Shown here one piece after another: positions 38,791 through 54,000 of a stretch of DNA of 64,000 bases (positions are counted from its first letter, which is position 1; each line of letters opens with the position of its first letter). The stretch comes from a virus. The translations under genes and the position numbers were made by a program. Below the pieces are notes generated by a model. It saw only the letters and a program-made list of their open reading frames with translations. It searched no databases and was not told where the DNA came from. The DNA lies in the IMG/VR virus record IMGVR_UViG_3300037963_004147, positions 1-64,000 of that record; one strand, written 5' to 3'.

Positions 38791-41700
38791 ATGGCAACGT
38801 ATGTACCAGGAGTAGGAAGTTATTTACCAGATTTTAAGCCGTTTACACCGGACTATAAGTTTTTATCTAATGTATTAGATACAAAGACTAATAGATATAA
38901 TACAAACTATAAAGCAGTAAATGATTTATATAGTAAAGTTGTATATGGTGATTTATCAAGAGGTGATACTCAAGCAATGAGAGATCAGTATGCTGAGAAC
39001 TTAGGACCTAAACTTCAACAAATTTCAGGAATGGATTTATCTGTTATGCAAAATGCTCAAGCAGCTCAATCAATATTTAAACCATTTTTTGAAGATGATC
39101 TTATTGTAAAGGATTTAGTTACAACTAAGCATTACAAAAATGAAATGGGTTATGCTAATATGTTACAAAATTCACCAGACCGTGAACAAAGAGAAATGTA
39201 TTGGACTACTGGAATACAGAAGATGAAATATCAAATGGAAGACTTTATTAATGCATCTCAAGATGAAGCATTAAATATGGCAGTTCCTAAATATACTCCT
39301 GATGCTGATTTATATGAGATGGCTATGAAGTATCTTAAAGAATCAGGTTTAGAAGCAGAAATTGATATGCCAACTCCAGATGGTATGTGGATTGTTAAAA
39401 AGAAGAATGGTGATATTATTACTAGACAAGCACTTCAAATGGTTCAAAAAGCACTTAAGGATGACCCAAGAGTTGTTAATGCATATCATGCACAATCTTT
39501 TGTTACAGCAAGAAGTTTTGCAGAAAGTGGAATGCAAGCCGGCAAGTTTACAACTATTGATGAAGGGCAGAGAGCTTGGGCTACTGAACAAATTGGTAGA
39601 ATGGAAGAACTAATAGCTGATAGAAATAAGAAGCTTGAAGATAGACAAATGAAAGAAAAAAATATTGTTGTTTCATGGCAGAACTATGAAGCTCAATATG
39701 GTATTACGGATGGTTCAAAAGCTCAACAAGAACAAGCAGAAGCAGCATCTAATTTTGAAGCAACCACTGAAGCCTTAGAAGGAAATAGAAATGTATTATC
39801 TGATAATAAAGGAATAAGTGATGAGTCTAATACAAATCAACTATTAAATAGAGCTTATGGATTGTTAATGAATTATAATATGGAAAGTGATCTTCAAGCC
39901 GCAGCTATAGGATATAGTAATATTGGTAAAAAGATTGGTTTAGAAGTTAATCCATATGGTAAAATGAAAGCTCAATATCAATATGATGTAGCTTTAGAAA
40001 ATCTTAAGAATAGAAATAAATTAATGCAAATAGCTGCTAGGAAAAAAGCAGATGAAGAGGATGAAAAGGATGAAAATGATTTAAAAAATAAGTTAGCTTT
40101 AAAAATTACCAACAATGAAATGAACACTGAAACAAGTGGTGCAAAAGATGAAGATGGTGAATTTAATCCAAACTATAATCATGAGGAAGATCAAAATGAA
40201 AAGTTAGTTGGTTATAATGAAAAGGTAACTAATCAAGAAATTGATTGGGCTTTAAAAATGTATCAACATTTAGAGGCTGATAAAAAAACAGGTGTAGTTG
40301 AGATAGGAGGAATGAAGGGTAATCTTCAAGAATTATCTGCAAGACTTAAGGAGCAATATACAGAAGGAGATAAGAAAGGTCAGTACATTCATCAAGAAGC
40401 AATAGATAATTTATTTGGTGATATGGAATCTAAATTTATTAATTTAAAAGCTGATGCTAGTTCATTTCCAGATAAATCAGGACCTGTCTTTTTAAGACAA
40501 AATAATGGTGAAGACTATCTTAAAGCTTTAAGTCAGTTATCAGAACTGAAAGCTACAAGACATGCTTTGGATTATGTAAACCAAGGTCTTACAAATGCTA
40601 AAGCTAACAACTTAGAAACAGCTTTAAAATTAGAGGGTGTTTTTGAAGAAATTGATGATGGTGAAGGTTATTCAACATTATTTAAAAATGGCATGCCAAC
40701 TATGTATACAAGAGATGCAAAGGGCAATGCTACCCAAATGACTGAAGATGAATATGTCAAAGCATTTAATGATTGGGCAAGAACAAAAGGTAAGAATATA
40801 GATATTAGAAATACACCATTTGATGAAACTGGAGTTTTGAGTTCTGATAATGAAGAGTGGCAACAAGATGATGATGGTAACTATGCAGGTGTAGGTTGGG
40901 GTCAAGAAGGAACAAAATATATTTATCCTCAATACAATGGTGGAAGTACAGTAGTAATTAAGTATGACGATGATACACCATTTACTTTTAATGAAGCTAA
41001 ATCAAGTGAGTATGCAAGACGTTCATATCAAAAATTAAAAGAAGTACAGAATGCAACTATGAATGGAGGTTTAAAGAGTATAGCTACTGAAGCTGACTTT
41101 AAAGTCTATGATGTCGCTCAAGCAATGAGAGGTATTAGAAATATGACACAAGGAGATATAAATAAAAATCAAGTTTATAGTGTACAATTTAATGCTAAAG
41201 ATTTAACTGAACCGGCTGTAGAGATGTATAGTGCTTTACTTGATCAAGAAAACGAAACACCGTCACAAGAGTTTTATGTTTATGCAAATAAATATCAGCA
41301 TAATGAAATACAAGAGGATGACTTTGTAACAACAGATGAAGATATTGAAATTTTAACAGAAGGTGGTCAAGGTGTAAGTGATGAACAAAGATCTAATGGA
41401 AAATTACTTTTGAGAGATTTAAAGATGATGATTGCTGAAAATATGAGAGATAAATCAGGTAATGCTTCTAAAGATGTTGCTAATTTTGAAATAAAATATT
41501 TTAATACATGGACAGCTGATTCTGATAATGTTACTAGAGCAGATGGCGATTATGCAGGTTATGTAATAAAACCAAGTCTAGACTTTTTAGGAAGATATAT
41601 AGGTAAAGGTAAATTATTAGAAAAAGCTAAAATTGAAGATTACATGAATATTAATATTGTATTTAAAAAAGAAAAAGATATTAATCCATTAAGATATGGT

Positions 41701-42024
41701 CAATTTGAATTTTCTGCTACAGCAGCTGAAATAGCATCAAGTCAAAATCAAGTATACACAAATAATACATCAGGTGGTGGAGATATATATGTTCAGCAAA
41801 ATGGTGGTGATAATTTAAATGATTATGTCTTAACATATAAACCTTTAGCATTAAATGAAGAAACAGGAGACTTTGAATATATAGGAGAAGAGTATATTAA
41901 TTTAGGTAATGATAAAAATCTGCTTGATGCTCAAGTTCAACAATATATTATTGGTATGCAACAACTTTCTATAACAAATAAAAGAGCTAAAGATGCCTGG
42001 GATTTAAAAAATAAAAATAAATAA
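38791..42024 (+). CDS. Large virion (ejection-type) protein upstream of the virion RNA polymerase
   Basis: 1077 aa helical protein, N-terminal PFTPDY..L motif; gene order as in the crAss-like vRNAP block. Confidence 0.6.
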   Translation: MATYVPGVGSYLPDFKPFTPDYKFLSNVLDTKTNRYNTNYKAVNDLYSKVVYGDLSRGDTQAMRDQYAENLGPKLQQISGMDLSVMQNAQAAQSIFKPFFEDDLIVKDLVTTKHYKNEMGYANMLQNSPDREQREMYWTTGIQKMKYQMEDFINASQDEALNMAVPKYTPDADLYEMAMKYLKESGLEAEIDMPTPDGMWIVKKKNGDIITRQALQMVQKALKDDPRVVNAYHAQSFVTARSFAESGMQAGKFTTIDEGQRAWATEQIGRMEELIADRNKKLEDRQMKEKNIVVSWQNYEAQYGITDGSKAQQEQAEAASNFEATTEALEGNRNVLSDNKGISDESNTNQLLNRAYGLLMNYNMESDLQAAAIGYSNIGKKIGLEVNPYGKMKAQYQYDVALENLKNRNKLMQIAARKKADEEDEKDENDLKNKLALKITNNEMNTETSGAKDEDGEFNPNYNHEEDQNEKLVGYNEKVTNQEIDWALKMYQHLEADKKTGVVEIGGMKGNLQELSARLKEQYTEGDKKGQYIHQEAIDNLFGDMESKFINLKADASSFPDKSGPVFLRQNNGEDYLKALSQLSELKATRHALDYVNQGLTNAKANNLETALKLEGVFEEIDDGEGYSTLFKNGMPTMYTRDAKGNATQMTEDEYVKAFNDWARTKGKNIDIRNTPFDETGVLSSDNEEWQQDDDGNYAGVGWGQEGTKYIYPQYNGGSTVVIKYDDDTPFTFNEAKSSEYARRSYQKLKEVQNATMNGGLKSIATEADFKVYDVAQAMRGIRNMTQGDINKNQVYSVQFNAKDLTEPAVEMYSALLDQENETPSQEFYVYANKYQHNEIQEDDFVTTDEDIEILTEGGQGVSDEQRSNGKLLLRDLKMMIAENMRDKSGNASKDVANFEIKYFNTWTADSDNVTRADGDYAGYVIKPSLDFLGRYIGKGKLLEKAKIEDYMNINIVFKKEKDINPLRYGQFEFSATAAEIASSQNQVYTNNTSGGGDIYVQQNGGDNLNDYVLTYKPLALNEETGDFEYIGEEYINLGNDKNLLDAQVQQYIIGMQQLSITNKRAKDAWDLKNKNK

Positions 42025-42026
42025 TT

Positions 42027-45000
42027 ATGTCAGATTTTGAAAAAGATGTAAAGAGTAATGCCGTTAACTCAATAGCACCTGGTGTTCCTCAAGATATGTT
42101 TGTTTTTGAATCTATTTCTGATTTAGAGACTCCACCTGATATTGCTGAGTTTGATCCAAATCTAGATCAAGGATATTTAGATATGCTATCTGCAGCTGCA
42201 CCAATTATAAATCAATTTTCACCTAATCCAACATCTAATATGAGGTCCCCTTTTCCTGGACCTGCAACAGATACATATAATCCTGTAGCACAAAAAGTAC
42301 CAAAAGCTAGTGGTAATGAATCTATAATGAATAAGTTTAGGCAAATAGGTGAGGTTGCAAAAAACTTAAATCCTGAAAATCCTGAAAATAAAAATACAAC
42401 TTTCGGAAAGAGTATGAACTCTATAAAAATTGCAGATCCTATATTTTCTAGTATAAGAGAAAGTCAATTTGATAGATACTATGAACATGGTGAGTTTGGT
42501 AAATTAGGATGGCACCCATATGCAGATAATGAAACTTATTATAATGAAAATTCATCATGGTGGGATAATGCAGGAAGAATGTTTGGTGAGATGGGTAGAC
42601 TTGCATGGACTGGTATGAAAGCCAACTATAGTAGTTGGGGCTCTGCAGATTCAATGGATCTTAATGCTGCTGTAGAATTTGAAGATGCAATGAGAATTGG
42701 TAGTTCTACAACAGGTGGTTTTGGTGGAGGTCTTAATAATTTACTTCTTCAGTCTGGATATACATTTGGAATTATTGGTACAATTGCACTTGAAGAACTT
42801 GCAATGTGGGGAGCTACTGCGGCATTGGCTGCCGCAACTCCATTTACTGCTGGTGCTTCTGGTGCTGGTGCTGTTGCCACAGGTACAGCTGCTACTGTTA
42901 GAACAGGGTACAATATGGCTAAGTTAGCTAAACTTGGTAGAAGAATAGCTGATTCATTTGATGTTTCTAGAATGCTACGAGGAACAAGAAGCATGATGAA
43001 GAATATGAATAAAGCAGATAATGCTAGAGGTTTTTGGAATAGTGTAAGATCAGGAGGAAACGTACTTGGAAACTTTGTAGCTCCTGAAACTATGGCAGCA
43101 TTTAAAGCTCTTAAGTCAGCTGAAAAAGCAGGAGATAATCTTACATCAATGGCAAAAATTTCTAAAGGTGTAGGAGGATTTTATAGAGATCTTCGTTCAT
43201 TAAACTTTGCACTATCAGAAGGTAGAATGGAAGCTGGATCTACATATATGGATGTCTTGAACAGATCTATGGCTCAGATGAAAGAGAATAATTTAGCTGA
43301 AGGTTTAAGTGAAAATTTAACAGATTCTCAAATAGCAATGGCAGACGCAAGAGCTCAAGAAGCTGCATTTGCTACAACATCTTGGAATGCACCTTTAATT
43401 TATTTATCTAATCAATTGCTTCTTGGTAATTCTATGGGAGGTTTTAAAAGAACTCTTAATCAAGCAATGCGTGATAATATTGAGGGTGTTGGAAGACGTA
43501 TTCTTAAAACTAAAGCTGCAGTTAAAACTGGAAAAGATGGTGCAAAGACAATTGCAAAAGATGTCTTTGAAGATGTAGGTGAAAGTTTTATGAATTATAA
43601 ATACTTATATAAATCTGTAAAAGCTGGAGGAATAAAAGGTGGAGCAACAATGGCTGCAGGTGCAGGTTTAAGATTTTTTGCAGCGAATGTTGGAGAAGGT
43701 TTACAAGAAGTTTATCAAGAAGCTGTAGCTAAAGGTGTAAGTGATTACTATACTGCTTTAGCCACAGATCCAATGGCAGGTGGTAGTGAGTTATTTCAAA
43801 CTTCAGCACTAGCAGGTTTATCAGAACAATTTAGCGGTCAAGGTCTTCATACTTTTATGTCTGGTTTCTTGATGGGTGGTGTAGTAGCAGGTCCTCAAAA
43901 GTTAGTATTTCAAGGTATGCCAATGTTATATCAAAAAACATTTAACAAAAAGGAATACGCAGAATATAAAGCAAATAAAGAAAAATTAGTTGCAGACTTA
44001 GTAAATACATATAATAGTGCATGGAATTCTCAAGCAGATGATGTTCAAAATATGTTTGACTCAACTAAATTAAACTTTTTAAATCAAAAGCAAGAAGCAT
44101 CTGAAATGGTTGCAGCACAACTAGAAGATTCAATGTTTAACTTTATTGATGCAAAAGATAATGCTAAATTCCAACAGTTAAATACTATATTTAAAACAGG
44201 TAGACAAGATTTTTACAGAGAGCAGTTAGAAGATTATTTACAATTAACAGACGAAGAACTTGCAGAAGCATTTCCACAAGAAGCTTCTAGAGCTAAGTCT
44301 GGTAAATTAAGATCAACCATTCAAGATCAGATAAAGAAGATTGATGAAATGGAAGTGACTTATGAAAAAAATTTAGAAGACTTTGTAAATCCATTTGATC
44401 CAAAAGCATTTAAACCAGGTTCAAGAGAACAGAATGATGAAGCATTAAAACATTTTGCATTTGAACATGCTAGAATGTTATATCTATTTACTAAAGATGG
44501 ATTCCAAAGAGCTCTAGAAAGATCTGAAAGTATCTTTAGTGAATTAGAATCTGATCCTGTTATTTCAAAAATGGCAGCTAATGATGTAACTGTATTACTT
44601 AATAAAGATACATTACAACAAGAGATATCTCAATTAAAAGCTGAGATTCCAGGTTTAGGTGAAGCAGGAACAAAAAGACTAAAAAAGGATAAAGAGAAAA
44701 AATTAGAAGCACTAGAAGCTGTAGCTGATGTTTTATATAATGAAGAATATCAAACAAAAACTGGAAGGTTTGATAGAAGACGTATACAAAAATTAACACC
44801 AACTATATTAAACTATTTAAAAACTGTAGCTAGATCTAAAGATGCTTTTGTAAATCCAGAACTTATTCAAGAAACAATTAAAAAGATTGTAGATCATAAC
44901 CATCTTAGTAATAGACAAAAGGTTTATGATAAGAGTATTCAGTTTTTAAATAACCCTGATCAGTTTGATGCAATAGTTAGAAGATCTTATGAGTATTTAA

Positions 45001-48000
45001 AATATGCACATAAGAATCAACTTGAAATGTATGAAAAAGCTATTAGAAAATTTATTAATAAAAAAGAAATTAATCAGTTTTTAAATCAATTAGCTAAAGT
45101 AGGAGTTTATGCAGATATGAGTGAAACTTTAGAGTTTGCAGAGACTGGAAATATTGATAGTTTAACTGTATTCTATTCAGAGAGTGGTATGGTTAATAAA
45201 GTAAATGATCCTGAATTATTTGCCGAGATTCAAAATTTAATACAAACATATAGACAAACAGCTCAACCCCAAGTTCAATCAGATATAGCAGAATCAAAAT
45301 CATCAGAAGTTAAGAAGAGTAAAAAAGCTCAAGCTGTACAAGAAGAAGTTGATGAAATTTTAGAGGATGCTGAAATATCTGGACCAGAAGCTGAGGTTTA
45401 TGGTAAAGCAAAAGATGAGTCTCCAATTCTTGAAAAATTATTAAAACAAAAATATCAAGAGGTTAGAGCTTTTGCTATACAAAAAGGAGTTAAGAAAATA
45501 CCAAGCTTTAATGATTATATTAAAACACCTGCGGCACAATCATATATATCAGCATATGTAGCATTAAAGAAAATGTGGTATCAAACTTTAACTGGTATAG
45601 AGGATGAAGGAATTAGAATGGAAAGGTTTAAAAAAGACCAAGGTTTTTTATCATGGTTAAAGTTACAACAAACTAATGATAAAGTTGTAGATGTACTTTC
45701 TGTTACTAATACAAAATTTAATGACTTTATAAAAGGGATGGCTGAGGATGTAGGAAGTACTCCTGAGCAAGATAAAAAAAATAAAGTTGCGGGTCTTGAA
45801 GGTCCTTCACAAATTGTAGAAGTAAAGAGTACAGATGATCAAGGAAACCCTGTTACTTTCTATCAAATATTAGATAAGTTTGGTGAACCGGTTGCATATG
45901 AATTAACTGAAGAAGCTGGCTTACCAGTTGGTTTATCATTTACAGATTTAGGAAAAGCAAAACAAGCAAAAGCTAAGTTAGATGCATCTATTCCAGATAC
46001 TGCTGAAATGGAAATAAGAAACAGTAAAGGTGAAGTTGTTGAGAAGTTAGTATTTGGACAAGAGGTTATTGAAAAATCAACTGGTAATAAATACATTGTT
46101 GTTAGTACTCCTAGTAAATTATCAAAAGGAGGTAAATTATATTTATTTCCTGCTAGTCTTGCAGGTACAGTAACGCAATTGCAAGCAAGAAGAAATAAAT
46201 CAGAGAAAATAAATCCTGCTGATTTTGCGGGTAGATTTAAAGCATCAAGTTATTCTTTAACTGATGTTTCATTACCTGCTAATGTAAGTAAATTAAATAT
46301 TGATGAGGCAACTAAAATTCAATATCAACAAAATGGCAGATTTACAAAAGACAAAGAATGGGAAGGGAATTCAAAGAAAAGATTTCAGTTAATACTTCAA
46401 AATCTATCAGAAGAACAGTTTAATAAATTAGAAGTTGTAGTTAAAAGAAATATTGATGGAGGTAAAGTAACTCAAGAAAAATTTACATTTCCTGAAAAAG
46501 CACCAAATAGACTTATAAAAAGAACTAAACAATCATATAGTATAGCACTAAGAATACCGGCTGATATTATGAAAACATTGGAGCCTAAAATTTTAGATGC
46601 TGATTTAGCTCTTCCTGAAAATAATATCTTAGGTTATATACCAAATACAGATGTTCAGTTATATGATACTAATGGAGCAAGAATAAATCCATTAAATATA
46701 ACAACTGATCAGATTGGAAATTTATTTCAAATTTCAGGCAAGACAAAAGAAAATGCAGCCAAAGAAATAAGAAGAAACTTTGCTATACAACAATCAATTG
46801 TAAATGATATAAATAAGAAGTTAGGTAAAGATGAGAGTGGAACTTTAACTTTAGAAGATATAGGTGGTGTTAACTTTGTAGCAACTGCAGGACAAATGCA
46901 GTTTTTACCAACAGGAGTCACTAATAAAATAGAAAACTTACAATATAATACCGTTGATGGTACAATGGTTATATTAGATAATGGCAATAATAGATTTGTC
47001 ACAGATATGACCGGTAGTGTAGAAGATCAAATTGATTTTGAAGATAAGGTTAAAGCTGATATGCAAGCTCAAAACACAAATATATTTGAGAATGCTAAGA
47101 AAGCTGGTAGATATGTAATGATTGTTAAGCAACCTAATGGAATGTTTTCTTACTTTCCAATCAAAACAGATGTTCTAGAAAAAAGTACATTAAATGATAT
47201 TGCTAATGAAATTATAGAAAGATCAGCATTAAGTCAAAAAGACAACACTAAAAAAATTGAAGGTGCAACAACTCCAGTTATTAATGACATGGAATTTAAT
47301 AGTGAGTTTAATCAAGAACTCAATAATAAATTTTATATTGCATCTACTCCTGGTTATTCATTTGATATTAATGTAAATGCAAATGGTGCAGTAGAATTAA
47401 GAGTTTTTGATAGAGACAATAAACAAGTTGTAAAATATATCCAAAACGATAAAGCTGCTATTGAAGCTTGGGGTAAAGTTGAAGATAAAACTCAACTTTT
47501 AAATGAATTATTTGAGAATGCTGATAAAAGTTTTAAAGAACAATATTCAAAAGTAACTTCAAAAACACCAGCTATAAGAAAGCAAGTTTTAAAAGATGTT
47601 GCTAATCTAAAATTAAATTTAGGATCTATAAGAAAAAGTTTTCCTGTAACAGCTTCAGCGTCAGAAATTGCAGAAACATCTGTAACAACTGTAGGTTCTC
47701 AAGTAAGAAAAGATTCTAAATTAAGAGTTAATATTAATGGTATAGATGTAAGCCAGATAGAAACTGCAGGAGTGTTTACTCCTAGTGAGGTATTTACAGA
47801 TGCAAATGGAAATCCTATACCTAAAGGTGGACCATTAACAACATCTTCAGAAAGTATGAATAATATTGAGATTGAAGGTGCTGAGTTAGACGCAATGTCT
47901 AAAGAAGATTTTGAAGCATTAAAAGCTGATAATTTTAAAGGTCTTACTGAGGCACAAATTACAGCTATTGCAATAAAACTAAGCGATCCTTCAAGTCTTA

Positions 48001-51000
48001 CTGCTAGAGAAGGTCAAGTAATGAGCAATGTAGTATCTTCAGGTATAGTGCAGATGAAACATCTTTCTTTAAAGAAAAATAACCCTGCTTCAGAAAATAC
48101 AACTCCCGGTGAAACCGGTAGTGCACAAATGGATAGAAGTGCTTTAATGAAAAAAGCAGCTTCACTTAGATCAAAGATAGAAGCTTTAGAAGATGCCATT
48201 GCAGATAGAGGTTTGTCTACTACAGCTGAAGAAGAAGCTATAGCAAATGATCCAGAAATTAAAAAATTAACTAAGGAACGTAATGATATATTAGATAAGT
48301 TAAGTGCTAATAAAATTGTAGCTGAGAATTTATCTGAAGAAGATGTTAATAATATTGATGAGTTTTTAGCTTGGGCAGAATCTGCATTACCTGGTTTTAT
48401 TACAACTCAAGATATTAATACACTAGGTAATAATACAAAAGCAGGAGGGAAGAGAGTTGGTGCATTTGTAATGGATATGCATAATATTGCTGGAGGTATG
48501 AACATTGCTGGTACGATCTATGCTGATCAAACTAAATATGCATACCATGAAGCTTTTCATGCTGTATTTAGAATGTTATTAACAGAAGAACAACAACAAA
48601 AGTTTTATACTATTGCAAGAAAAGAAGTTAGAGCTAAGTTGCGTGCTGAAGGAAAAAGTTTTAAAGAAGAGATTGAGAAACTTAAAAATTCAGATCTCAC
48701 TAGATATGCAAACTATTCACAAAAAGCATTAGAAAATTTATACTATGAGGAATACATGGCTGATGAATTTCAAAAATTCAAAACAGATCCAAAAAGTACT
48801 AAAACAGATTCTTTCATTAAGTCTTTCTTTAATAAACTTATGGAGTGGCTTAGATCTATTTTCAAAAAATACAACGCCAATGAGCTTAAGTTTTTATTTG
48901 AAGAGGTTGATGCAGGAAAATTTAAGACGGCAGATGTTGCTGTTAATTCTTTTACGGAAGAAGCAGGTATGGGTGTCACGATACAGGCCAATAAGATATT
49001 ACGTACTAAAGAAATATCATTAGACTCTGGTAAAAAAGAATATGAATATTTAGATTCAAAAACTAGTAGGGCTATTATATCTGCAATTAGTGCAAGAGTT
49101 ATTAATGAACAATTAAAATCTGATAATCCTGAATTTGATATAGTAGAGTCTGTAAAAGAGTCTTTAAATCTTTATAAGAATCTATATAATAATGATACTG
49201 AACTTTATAGAAGTTTAAATTCTTCAGATAAAAGAAAATTAAGAGCTGTAAGAAAAGCATTTAATGAATATGGTAAAGATATAGTTGATGGTGTTCTTGA
49301 GGAGTTAGCTTTATATGATATTAAGCTTGAAACAGCAGAAGATGAAAATGGAATGTTTGAAGAAGCATTTGGTTTAAGAACAACAAGTGATTGGGATAAA
49401 GATGCATCAATGACTGGAGGATTTAGGTCATTACCTTCTTTCCTTAGAAAGTATATAGGAACCACTGTTTTTGTTGATGAGGTAAATGGAAAACCTAAAA
49501 CAGATATGTTTGGTAATTTGCATTTACCTGTAAGTGATATAGGAACACAGAAGCAAGAAAACGTTTTAACTACAGTTGACTTTGGTGTAGCATATTCAGG
49601 TTTCTTAAAAGCATCAAGCGGTCAAACAGATCCTGTTAAAGTAATGCAGCAATTATATTTATTTGGTAAAAATAATCCTCAAACTCAAGCTGTAGTTCGG
49701 AGACTTATGGATGATGTTGGTCTTGTTTGGGAAGGTCAACTTGAGGAAGGTATTATTCCAGATAACTTAAAAGACCCTAGTTTATTTCAAGCAATTATAA
49801 AAGGCTTTTCAAACTTTAAAGTTGATTATTTATTTATACATAGACGTACATCAGATAACCAGGTATTTACATATAATGCAGCAAATAGGGATGATGCACA
49901 TACACAAATTGAAAAGTGGTCAGAGGCTTACAGACAGTTAAGAGTATTACAAGCAAATAATCCAGATAAGTTAAATGCTTCTTTAAAAGATCTAAGAAAA
50001 CTTTTAGGATACTTAGATCCAAATAAACCACAAAATAAAATATCAAATGGTAAGTTAGATGTTCTTTCAAATAATATAGCTAAGTCATTAAAAGAAGCAA
50101 CCGGTATATCATTAAGTCCACAATATATTGAATTTAGTATTGCTAGTAATATTTTAGAACCAACAGCTAATCAAAAATCTATTATAAATGCAAATTCAGA
50201 TGTCAAAGCAATAGAGTATGAGGACGTTATGTATTTGAGAAATGGTCTTGAAGAAGGTTCAAATATAATGTCTGAAAGTGATGAGGGTGTTTATAATAGA
50301 TTAAGACAAATGGCATTGGGTAATGCTCCATTTGATGAAAATATTGGAGCATCAGTATTTAAAAATCCAAATGGAGATTTAGTATATGCTCATCAATTAC
50401 CAACATTTCATTTAAAACAAATAGCTAAACTAAATGATGTAAAAGGTGCTGGTGAAGTAATAAAACAACTAAAAGAAAAAGATTATTTAGAACAAAACTC
50501 TCTTGTAAATAGTCCTTGGTTTAAACAACTTTCTGCAGAAGGAAGATTAAAAGTAACAAGGATTGCGGGTACTAAAGCTAGTAAAAACATTAGACAAGAT
50601 GATGCTGGTGGTATTGAAGAAGGTTATGATAAAAATGAGACAGGTACTACTTATGGTGAATTAAGTAAAGCTGATATTATAAATTCTTTAGTTAGTTCAT
50701 ATATTGCAAATGTAAATGCTGTTTCAGGAAAAGTTAATGGTGTATTTGCAGAAGGTGAAGAAAGAGCTTTAGCTCCTTCATTATTGAGGGTAATTGAAGC
50801 ATCAAGTACAGGAGATATGGTATCTCTTCCTGTGATGAAAACTGTTGAAAAAGGTGAAGGCGGATCAATACAACTTACAGATGAAGCATTAACAGCCTAT
50901 ATAAATAATATTCAAGCAGAAGCTAATAGAATTGCTTCTGAACATAAAGGCAAAACTTATGATAATGTTAAAGAAGAAGGTGACTTAATTGCAGGATATA

Positions 51001-54000
51001 ATGCTGATAAGTCAGGACAAAAGTTTGATCCAGATGGCAGAGCATTTAAATTTCATAATACAGGAAATTTATTAACTGCTATAAAACTTAAAAGTTTAGA
51101 TAAATCCGGTATACCGCAGTTTTTAACTAAAACTGAAGTGTCAGATAGGCTTCGTAATAATAATGAAGGCTCACAAAAAATGTGGATGGCTTCAGATACA
51201 GCAGTTGAAAAATCAGGTCATAACCAAAGAGGTACTATAGTTCAAGTTATATTACAGGGAGCTGAAAGTGTAGAGTATACAAATAAGAAAGGTAAAAAAG
51301 GTACAAAGCTTGAAGCTAATAAAGGTGATGATGGTACATTACACAATGTTAAGTATTGGGGTAAGATTAATTTTAAAGAACAAAGTGCTGAAGATAGACA
51401 AACTATTATACAAGCTTTAGGTAATGCTATAGTGCCACAATCTTTTGAAAGTGAAACTCATACAAATAAAGTTGTAATAGGAGATAAAGTATTTAAAGTA
51501 GAATCAAAAGGTTTAGCACAATGGTTAAGAGGTACTGGATCTCAACATTTTTATCAAGTTGTTGAGGAAGCTGGAGAAGTAAATGAAAATTTAAAAGACT
51601 TAAAAGGTCAATTAGAAGAAGCAATTAAAGAGAATCCAGATGCATCATTTGATGAACATTTAAAAGCAATTGGTGAATCAAGAGAGAGTTTAAAAAATTA
51701 TGTTTCTAATAGATTAATAAGTGAGTTTAGACAATTTGATAAAGAAATTAAAGATAGTAAAATTGAATTACCATCATTCTTAAAGACTGGTATTACTAGA
51801 CCAAAAGATGGAACTACTGATGCCGGTAATTTTGCTGCAACAAATAGAAAGTTAAATCTAATTAAGGATAAAGATTATAACTTAATGCAAATATTTTTTA
51901 ATGATTGGTTAAATACAACTGCTTTAAATGATGTTATACTTGGCGATCAAGCAATATCATTAAAGGATGCAGTTGATCAAGTTAAAAGGGCTAAGATGCA
52001 AAATGCTGCATATTATAGTGCTAAAAGTGATATAGTAGCTCCTGATTTAGGTATTAACGAAAAGGTTAGTAATATAGCATTGTTTCCTACCACAGAACCA
52101 ACCGCACCTTCAAGACATACAAAGGCTAAGATTGATCAAGCAGATGCTCAGTTATGGATGACACCAAAAGCATTCAAACATATGTGGTTTGGTTTTGGTA
52201 AACTAACACCATCACAAAGTGCATTATTTGATAAAGTAATGAAAGGGGAAAAGGTAAATGTGGAAGATATCTATGGTAAGAATGGTGCAGCTAAGAAAGG
52301 GGAAATGTTAAACTCTAAAAAACTTGTGTATGGCGATGGTCAAACATTTGTTAAGATGTCTGCATTCATGCTTTCAAAAGAATATACATCATATCAAAAT
52401 GAAAAAGGTGATTGGGTAGCTAGACCAGATAAAGTAAAACTCCATAATATGAGGGAAAAAATGGAGGCCTATGAAAGAAAGCATAAAACAATTGCTGTAT
52501 CAGCTCCTCTATCTGCATTAAAAATGATGAAGAAAAATGTCAATGACATTGATTCTATGATTGATTTCTCTGGTGAATTAACTGAAAAGAATGCAATGAA
52601 TCTTGATGCAGAGTACATGGGCCTTCAAGTATTAAATCCATCTAATAAATTAGAGATAGTTGATCCAACTCAAATTAGAACTATTGTTACTGGAGAACAA
52701 GAATTTCCTGATGATTTAACAGTTACATTGCCAGATGGTAATGAGATGTCTGTTCTACAATTAAGATCAGCATATAATCAAGCTGTTAGTGATAGACAAA
52801 CTCAAAAGTATCTTGATAAAAGAAATTTAATTTTTGATATTGACTATGCAATGGATGAATTACATAAGGGAATGGCAGAAAATAAAATATCTGCAAATCT
52901 ATTAAGTTATCTTCAATATGCTCAAACATCACTAAGCTCAAGTCAATCATCTAGTGAGTTATTAGAGTTCTTTAGTTTTGATCCAGATACTGGACAGCAA
53001 AATTATAATTTAGATAATCCAATAACTAAACAAAAATTTGAACAGTTATTTTTAAGCTATTTTAGTAAGAGTGTATTCTCTGAAAAAATACCAGGTACAT
53101 CTGCTGCATTAGTTTCAGATTATGGAGTTAATGTTTATAGAAGAGTTTTAAGTGTTGATGAAAATGGATATCCGGATCAACAAGAAATAATAAGATCTGA
53201 AGATTTTATTCAAAACTACTCTGTTACAGATTTAGTTCAAGGTAAAGAAGGACCTTTGGACTTTTCAAATGATGATCAATTTGGAAGATTAAAGACTGAG
53301 GTTGAAGCTTCAAAGGGTAAGGGTGTAATTATAATGGATAGACTTAGACCTGATATGAAAGAGTATATAAATGGAAAATATACCGGTATAAAATATAGCG
53401 AATCAATAATGCCTGCTCATCATAGAGAAGTAATGGAATTAGTAGGAGATACTGGTCCTATTCCTGAAGCTGTTGCAAAAATGTTTGGTATACGTATACC
53501 ATCTCAAGATAATCATTCTACTATAAGTATAAAATTAGTGGATATGATGCCAGCTTATTATGGATCAAGTATTATTTCACCAAGAGAATTAGTAGAGGTA
53601 TCAGGAGCTGACTTTGATATTGATAAATTATATCTTCAAATGAAGGAATGGTTTGTTGATGACAATGGTAATTTTAAAGAGTATTCAAATTCTTTTGAGG
53701 ATTATGTTAGATATATAAATAGTAAAGTAGGTACAAAAGGTACGAGTTATGCAGAGGCTCTTGCAAAATCAAAATTTAATTTAGATAACTCTTATACTGA
53801 AGCACAAAAGAAAGAAGCTATAGATGCAGGATTAACAGTTAGATCTTTAAATGCATTATCTGAATTAGGATTACCTATTTCAAAAAAAGAATACAATGCA
53901 TATGTAAAGAAAAATGAAAGAGCACCTTTTGCAGCTGGATATAATAATGAAATATTAGATTATAAAACAGCTTTGATGAGTCATGAAGGTGTTACAAGTA